Assembly (NCBI RefSeq): GCF_001194135.2
Contig: NC_068983.1
Span: 25,879,379-25,918,029 of the forward strand
Direction: 5' to 3'
From: Octopus bimaculoides
Lineage: Eukaryota
DNA length: 38,651 bases
Shown: positions 34,870 through 38,651 of the stretch, in pieces
Numbering within the stretch: the stretch's first letter is position 1
Layout of the letters: the number at the start of each line of letters is the position of its first letter
Notes under the pieces: generated by a model
Database searches by the model: none
What the model saw: the letters and a program-made list of their open reading frames with translations, nothing else
Told to the model about the DNA's origin: nothing
Position numbers and translations under genes: made by a program

Positions 34870-36529
34870 GGTAGGTTAATACTTATCAAAAAGGTTTTGA
34901 TAGGGTCGACCAGTCGACCACCTGTACTTGGAAGCTGTCCCCAATGCTGCTGGTTTCGATCCCGTTTTCAGAGGCTGGCTCGCTGCAATATATAGAGACA
35001 TCTATTCGGTGGTCAAAGCAAATGGCCACCTCTCGGAATCGTTTAGTATCGCATGTTCACCCCAACAAGGATGCCCAATCTCACTCCTTCTCTAAGTTCT
35101 GGTGTTCGAGCAAATACTGCGGAAGCTGGATGTTTCGATGGACATCCCACATGAACTGCGATGCGGAAGGTACGTGTCAGCGTATACAAACAACGTCACC
35201 GTGATAGTATCGGACATCTCGGAAACGAGATCATCGGCATTACTCTAAGGGAATACAAAGCAGTGATTGGAGCAATGATGAACCAGAAGAAGTCAGTGGA
35301 CCTGCAGATCGACACTTGGTGAGGCAAGCACTTCCCAACCGACAGCGTGGTGGGACGTTGGACGGAAAGACCTGTTAAGTCGCTCGGAGTCTGGTTCGGT
35401 CAGGATCTCCAAATGGACAAGAACTGGGGCGAGGTGACAGACAGGGTGTCCAGTTTCACCCAGAAATGGGCCTAGAGGAAGCTGTTCCTGAAAGGTCGAG
35501 TGAAGGTGGCGAATGCGTGCATCGCATCCATCATGTACTATCACTTGACTGTCGTCCCTTGCCCCGCTTCGTAGCTGTACGGGCTGGTGCATTTGTTCTT
35601 CTGCTTCGTTTGGAAGGGACAGGTACCGCTTGTCAGACTGTCCTCTGCTGTCAGCACCCGTTGCGTGGAGGACTGGTTATAACGTGGCTGAGGATACGCA
35701 GACATGCACGGAAGCTGTGCCATCTCCAAAGATTCCTTAACGGTGAGTAGGTGTGGTCGCCGTTTGTTGAAAGCTCTTTTCCACAGCTCCTCTCAGTGAC
35801 GGAGCTAGCAAGCTGGATCAGGCGTAGACCGAGGCGCCGCCTGCTTTACATAAGCTCTACATGCACAAATATGCAATCAGTCGGGCTTGTCCGAGATGCA
35901 AGCGGAGTGACGAAAAGTTTCTGCATACTCTTGTAGAGAGTCTGCGCATTGCTGACTTGTGGAGCTTTCTTGAACAGAAATTGTCACGTGTAGGAAGGAT
36001 CAAGTAATCGTCGAATTCTATTGTGAAGGTCACCCCGCCTACTTCCTTTAGCCGGGAAGGGACGGCAAATTTTCTATGCCTGGTGGTTATAGCAGAAGAG
36101 GTTGTGAGGTTGATGCTGTTGAAATGGTTGAAGACGGGAACCTTCCTCTTTGGCCAAGACCTCATTGACTTTTTCAGGTTTTACCTGAAAAAGGTAAGTG
36201 AGGCTGGAGTGGGAAGTACTGTCACCCAGTAAGTTCGTTGAAAAATGGGTAAATATGGCAGGAATGGCCCGCGTGAACGGGCCAGCTTTAAGTAGGCCGG
36301 ATGGAAGGGAAAAGAGATGGAGCCTTCCTTAGGAGCAGTTGGTGTTTAGGGGTTCAAAATGCGTGAGGTTTCTTTGGGCGCCTTACAGTGGAACTCCCCT
36401 TCATAGGGAAGCATGTTTTGATTTAATCTATTTGTTATTATTTGTTGGCTGTTTATAGTTTAACCTCACTGTCCCTCGTCTGTATGCTGTCCTATATGTT
36501 TTATGTTCGGGCCTGGTGGTCAATAAAGA

Positions 36530-36530
<1 letters not shown>
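34870..36530 (+). mobile_element. Tx1/L1-clade LINE relic: RT, thumb and degenerate Zn knuckle, 5'-truncated, with 3' UTR and (TAA)n tail
   Basis: KGFDRVD, KANGHLSESFSI, QGCPISLLL, SAYTNN (a YADD relic), KSLGVWFG, LKGRVKVAN, GGLVITWL, CPRCK..E..H (35888-). AATAAA at 36522-36527 then (AAT)n. Multiple stops and frameshifts. Confidence 0.88.
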
Positions 36531-36591
<61 letters not shown>

Positions 36592-36720
36592 TGATATTAT
36601 TATTATTATTATTATTATCATCATCATTACTATTATTGTGGTTGTTGCTGTTGTTGTTGTTGTTGTTGTTGTTCTTCTTCTTCTTCTTCTTCTTCTTCTT
36701 CTTCTTCTTCTTCTTCTTCT
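36531..36720. repeat. Compound microsatellite (AAT)n-(ATT)n-(CAT)-(GTT)n-(CTT)n joining two opposing LINE tails
   Basis: Directly visible. Confidence 0.95.
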
Positions 36721-36975
36721 ACTTTCTTGAAGTCTTGCCTGCTTAGCATGCTTGCAGCCTGCAGCTTACAGTACCGTGATATCTGTTCTTTTCAACTAAT
36801 ACTTTCTTGATTATTCTGACTGAGTCAAGGTGTCACACCTTTTGTAATAGTTCTAGAAGGCACTGTATTCTGATTTCTTTTATATTCCTCTTGATGCCTT
36901 TCGGTACTGTCTGCAAGAAACCAACAATAATTGGCACCATCTGCACCTTCGTCCCCATAACCGGAGTATTTCGCA
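36721..36975 (-). mobile_element. Old R4/Dong-like RLE C-terminal fragment plus 3' UTR
   Basis: Minus-strand CEILRLW, KVQMVPIIVGFLQTVPKGIKRNIKEIRI..LELLQK and SVRIIKKVL, matching the RLE tail pattern. Confidence 0.7.
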
Positions 36976-36984
36976 TATAATATG

Positions 36985-37087
36985 ATTGTATATGTTGTTG
37001 TTGTTATTATTAATATTATTATTATTGTTGTTGTTGTTGTTGTGGTTGTTGTTGTTGTTGTTGTGTTTGTTGTTGTTGTTGTTGTGT

Positions 37088-37118
<31 letters not shown>

Positions 37119-37178
37119 CGCTGTTGTCGTCGTCGTCGTCGTCGTCGTCGTCATCATCATCATCATCATCATCATCAC
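36985..37178. repeat. Compound microsatellite (GTT)n-(GTC)n-(ATC)n
   Basis: Directly visible. Confidence 0.95.
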
Positions 37179-37179
37179 A

Positions 37180-38390
37180 AGTATTATTAGTATTCATGGT
37201 GTGCAAGAAGGTTTTAGATTCGGAATCAATGTAATAGCGGCCACATCCAGTATCCTTAGAAATCGAGGATCTCACAATCTTTGTTTTTTACCCAAGAGAA
37301 CAGATTTCTGAATGATTCTCTCTTTGTTGCCCATTGTACAGACTGATCATATTTGGTCGTCTTGCATAAAGTTCGTATCCAGTCTGTAGTTTAAAAAATC
37401 CCATATTGCCTTAAACCGGACGTTCACTGCGTTGGTTCCATTATCTTCCTATTTGCCGTAGTAGGTTCTAGTGTAGTGCTTTGCTACACAGTTTGTCTGC
37501 GTGTATATTTCCTCTCTGCTACCAAAGACCTACAGGGACTTAGCGGGTTCCTCTTTCTCATTACGTACACTGCGATTTGCACTTTTCACGGATTTGTTTA
37601 TTCTTTTCTTGATATTCGTTGATATTCGTAATCCTATCGTTTCTTTTGTTGATATACATTGATATTCGCAATTTGTGTACATTTGCCTTAAGGTGGAAGG
37701 CACCATGCATTGTCATTGTCTTTCTGGTAGAACGATCGAGTTTTTTTAATCTCCGATTGTTCCCATTTCAGGATAGGTTCATTATTGCTGACTACAGAAA
37801 CAGCCCATATGTTGATGGTTGTCACAAATTTCCTTGAGTTGAATTTTCATTTCAAGAGAAGTTTGAGGTGCAAGATATTGTCCAGCTCCAGGATTCCATG
37901 GAACTTGTACCCTTCCTCATCTGGGTCTTCCATTCTCTCTCTGTTTGGCAATTCTATGTCCCTACAATCTGCTATTTTACCCCGTTTCGAATGGAGCACC
38001 GTACACTTCGAGATACTGAATTCAATCCCCATATCCTTGCCGCACATCTACTCAGTCAAAACTAGCTTCTCCATCTCAGGCTATGTTTGCGAACAGTTTT
38101 AAATTATCCATGAAGAGAATGTGGTGCGCGTTGACTTTGTGTAGGACTACAGAAAGTGAGATCAAAGCTATAAGAAATAACAAAGGTGAACAAGAGTCGC
38201 CCTGGAAGATACTACTTTTTATTGCTACCTCGGCTAAGTGCTGATTGTTACAGAAAAGACGCGTTTTCCAACATGGCATACCGTCCTCAATCACTGGACA
38301 CACGTTCATAGCTACTCCACACATGCCGAGTGTTTCCAAAACCCTCGAATGCGACAACATGTAAGACTTTTTAAAGTCTATACAGGCCAT
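37180..38390 (-). mobile_element. Old R4/Dong-like LINE relic: RT, thumb and internally deleted RLE region
   Basis: ACIDFKKSY, IFQGDSCSPLLF and LFMDNLKLFA (YMDD relic) at 38076-38390; MGIEFSISKC..KRGK and YKFHGILE at 37847-38047; TINIWAVSVV..KLDRSTRKTMTMHGAFH; KALH*NLLRQI; IQKSVLLG (37291-37313). The 5' end abuts (TAA)n. Confidence 0.85.
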
Positions 38391-38451
38391 TATTATTATT
38401 ATTATTATTGTCGTTGAATCTCTGTGTTACATTTTATTTTTTATTTTACAT

Positions 38452-38496
38452 TTTGAACTTGAAGAAGACAGACGATCTGTCGAAATATCATTCAAA
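38452..38496 (+). ncRNA. Degenerate minimal type-I hammerhead ribozyme-like motif, probably a Penelope-type repeat remnant (~38410-38547)
   Basis: TTTGAA-C-TTGAAGA-A-GACAG/ACGAT/CTGTC-GAAA-TATC-ATTCAAA: a 5-bp stem II, GAAA core, palindromic ATAT stem III with AUC triplet, and stem I TTTGAA/TTCAAA. The core deviates at position 3 (U rather than C) and has a 2.1-1.1 mismatch. Confidence 0.5.
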
Positions 38497-38546
38497 CCAT
38501 TAAATAAGCAATCAATTACAAATCGCATCGCGCTCGTATTATTGTC

Positions 38547-38628
<82 letters not shown>
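38547..38628. repeat. (ATT)n array, tail of the following LINE
   Basis: Directly visible. Confidence 0.95.
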
Positions 38629-38631
<3 letters not shown>

Positions 38632-38651
38632 TAGTTTTATTTTTATAACGT
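38629..38651 (-). mobile_element. Extreme 3' end of another young R4/Dong-like copy, extending beyond the window
   Basis: CAGTAGTTTTATTTTTATAACGT is the exact reverse complement of 1545-1567 and 3560-3582. Confidence 0.85.

Overview
This is AT-rich eukaryotic non-coding DNA. The SINE families and microsatellite load suggest an Octopus/cephalopod draft assembly (inference from recalled repeat families, not a database result). Nine N-gaps total about 2.65 kb. I found no intact host gene, no genuine tRNA/rRNA gene and no CRISPR array; most ORF-track entries are microsatellite translations. The window is a mosaic of mobile-element pieces. It has six or seven fragments of R4/Dong-like restriction-endonuclease LINEs, most abutting (TAA)n arrays, two of them sequence-identical over 212 bp. 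It also has a Penelope-like GIY-YIG element, a Tx1/L1-like LINE relic, a DD37D(maT)-like Tc1/mariner relic, a CMC/Chapaev-like transposase relic, several MITEs, and about 15 copies or fragments of three tRNA-derived SINE families. The most notable small-scale signals are a degenerate minimal hammerhead-ribozyme fold at 38452-38496, a perfect four-tract telomeric GGG(TTAGGG)3 insert inside a repeat at 1006-1026, a hAT MITE whose 13-bp terminus is amplified six times (31053-31130), and an Asn/Asp-rich microsatellite linker inside the Penelope ORF. None of these is demonstrably a new biological system without searches or experiments.
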